Shown here one piece after another: positions 54,349 to 55,498 of a stretch of DNA of 55,498 bases; position 1 is the stretch's first letter, and the number at the start of each line of letters is the position of its first letter. Source of the stretch: a virus. Its lineage: Duplodnaviria; Caudoviricetes. Both the position numbers and the translations under genes were made by a program. The notes under the pieces are model-generated. The model did no database searches. It was not told the origin of the DNA and saw only the letters and a list, made by a program, of their open reading frames with translations. The stretch is taken from IMG/VR virus record IMGVR_UViG_3300025889_000149, positions 1-55,498 of that record, one strand, 5' to 3'.

Positions 54349-55140
54349 ATGAATGACATAACAATATTTAACAGTATTCCAGAACTTGCAACACTTGACA
54401 AACAACAGGTGGCAAAGATTACAAGTAGATTACCTGAATACCATAGAGGTAAGGCACTTATTGGTCACAGCACAAGTCAAACAAGTTATTCACTTCAAAC
54501 AATGAACATGATTTCTGATAGTCCATTATCAAGAATGAAACAATGTCTTGCACAGATAGGAAAAAAATATGAAGCATTAAGAGAAGCATATTTTAAAGTT
54601 GAAGAACATAAATTGGAAATTAAAGAAATGGTAAAAAACAAAGACGAAAAATCACAATTAAGAGTAAGAGAACTTGAATCATTAATAGAATCTATTTCAA
54701 TATCTATGGAAAACGCATTAAGAGAAATAGGAATGTTTCAAAATATGTATGACAGTATCAAAGAGAAAAACAACATACCTGATAATTGGTCGGAGAAAGA
54801 CTTTGAAAATCAAGAAATTGAACACATGATTAAATCATCATTTAGATTAGCAATACAGGATTTATCATCAAGTGGTAGAGTATCAAAAGCAGTAGTAGAA
54901 TATTGGGAACAGTTGGGAATCCACCCACAAGTAGGAGAAATCAGAGCAAGAAACTATCTAGTATTAATTCAGAATAAAATTAACAATGCAGAACAAGTAA
55001 CTATAAATGATATGTATGAATTTTTAGATGCTATGGTCAAAGAATTTGGACAGGAATACAAGAAAGCACTAGAAAGAATAGGACTAACAGAACTTGGTTC
55101 AGAGGAATTTATGGCAAAGGGAGTGACTAAACCACAATGA
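54349..55140 (+). CDS. Coiled-coil hypothetical protein
   Basis: 263 aa helical ORF directly after the propeller protein. Confidence 0.65.
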   Translation: MNDITIFNSIPELATLDKQQVAKITSRLPEYHRGKALIGHSTSQTSYSLQTMNMISDSPLSRMKQCLAQIGKKYEALREAYFKVEEHKLEIKEMVKNKDEKSQLRVRELESLIESISISMENALREIGMFQNMYDSIKEKNNIPDNWSEKDFENQEIEHMIKSSFRLAIQDLSSSGRVSKAVVEYWEQLGIHPQVGEIRARNYLVLIQNKINNAEQVTINDMYEFLDAMVKEFGQEYKKALERIGLTELGSEEFMAKGVTKPQ

Positions 55141-55216
55141 GCCAAGAATACTATGACCATTTGAACGAGGATAAAATCTTTATACATAGTAATAGTGAAT
55201 ATAAGGTGAGATTATC

Positions 55217-55498
55217 ATGGTAGATTGGTTAGCAGGAAAAAGAGCAAAGGGAACAAGTAGTGAAAGAACAGGATTAGGAACTCCGTTAGCATTTACAGAT
55301 ACAACTGTTAGTAAAACAGGTGTTAAAGTATATTATAATTTTGAACAAACAAGTGGTAGTCTTACAAACATAGCAACAACAGGTAACGGATTTAGTGATG
55401 GTCTTGGAAGTAGTCTTGATGCAACTGTAACTGGTTCTCCTACAAGAACCACAACAGGTAAATTAGGTTCTTATGCAACAACAGGTGTAAATGGTGCT
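55217..55498 (+). CDS. 3'-truncated modular tail-associated protein (paralogue 3)
   Basis: MVDWLAGKRAKG...YYNFEQTSGSLTNIATTGNGF; near-identical DNA block to ~52689-52779. Confidence 0.7.
   Translation, partial: MVDWLAGKRAKGTSSERTGLGTPLAFTDTTVSKTGVKVYYNFEQTSGSLTNIATTGNGFSDGLGSSLDATVTGSPTRTTTGKLGSYATTGVNGA

Noticed and set aside
52689-55421. DGR template/variable repeat pair
   Set aside because: No reverse transcriptase in the window; both copies are coding and the differences are not adenine-specific
1-55498. Integrated provirus or host chromosome fragment
   Set aside because: No integrase, att site or host housekeeping block; host-like genes (amoC, radA, mcm) are embedded among viral genes

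Overview
AT-rich window of a tailed archaeal virus (Caudoviricetes, probably siphovirus-like: tail tube but no sheath) predicted to infect ammonia-oxidising archaea (Nitrososphaeria/Thaumarchaeota). Support: a full-length archaeal amoC, archaeal RadA and MCM, a GINS-like protein, and TATA boxes 22-24 nt upstream of start codons. The window starts and ends inside tail-related genes, so it may be most of a circularly permuted genome; no integrase, DNA polymerase or primase was recognised. Layout: 1-8.5 kb tail repeat protein, metalloprotease, Cas4-like nuclease, TGT/DpdA-like protein, terminase; 8.5-21 kb replication/accessory genes (RNase H, phosphoesterase, RadA, MCM, GGCT, vWA + MoxR ATPase); 21-27.8 kb a regular array of expression cassettes; 27.9-29.8 kb GINS-like gene and two structured RNA candidates; 29.8-55.5 kb portal, protease/scaffold, major capsid protein, amoC and tail genes including a -1 frameshift chaperone. 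The most striking structure is the 21.0-27.8 kb array. Twelve copies of a 21-bp promoter (CTTCAWA-N6-TTAWWWA) each drive a microprotein, an operon or an ORF-less structured RNA. Each of the eight leftward protein-coding units that end inside the array is followed by an oligo(T) terminator and 1-4 copies of a second, convergently oriented TATA-containing repeat (TCTTAWATACCCCTAY, 15 copies) at nearly fixed spacing. All family assignments come from motif recognition by eye, not from searches.
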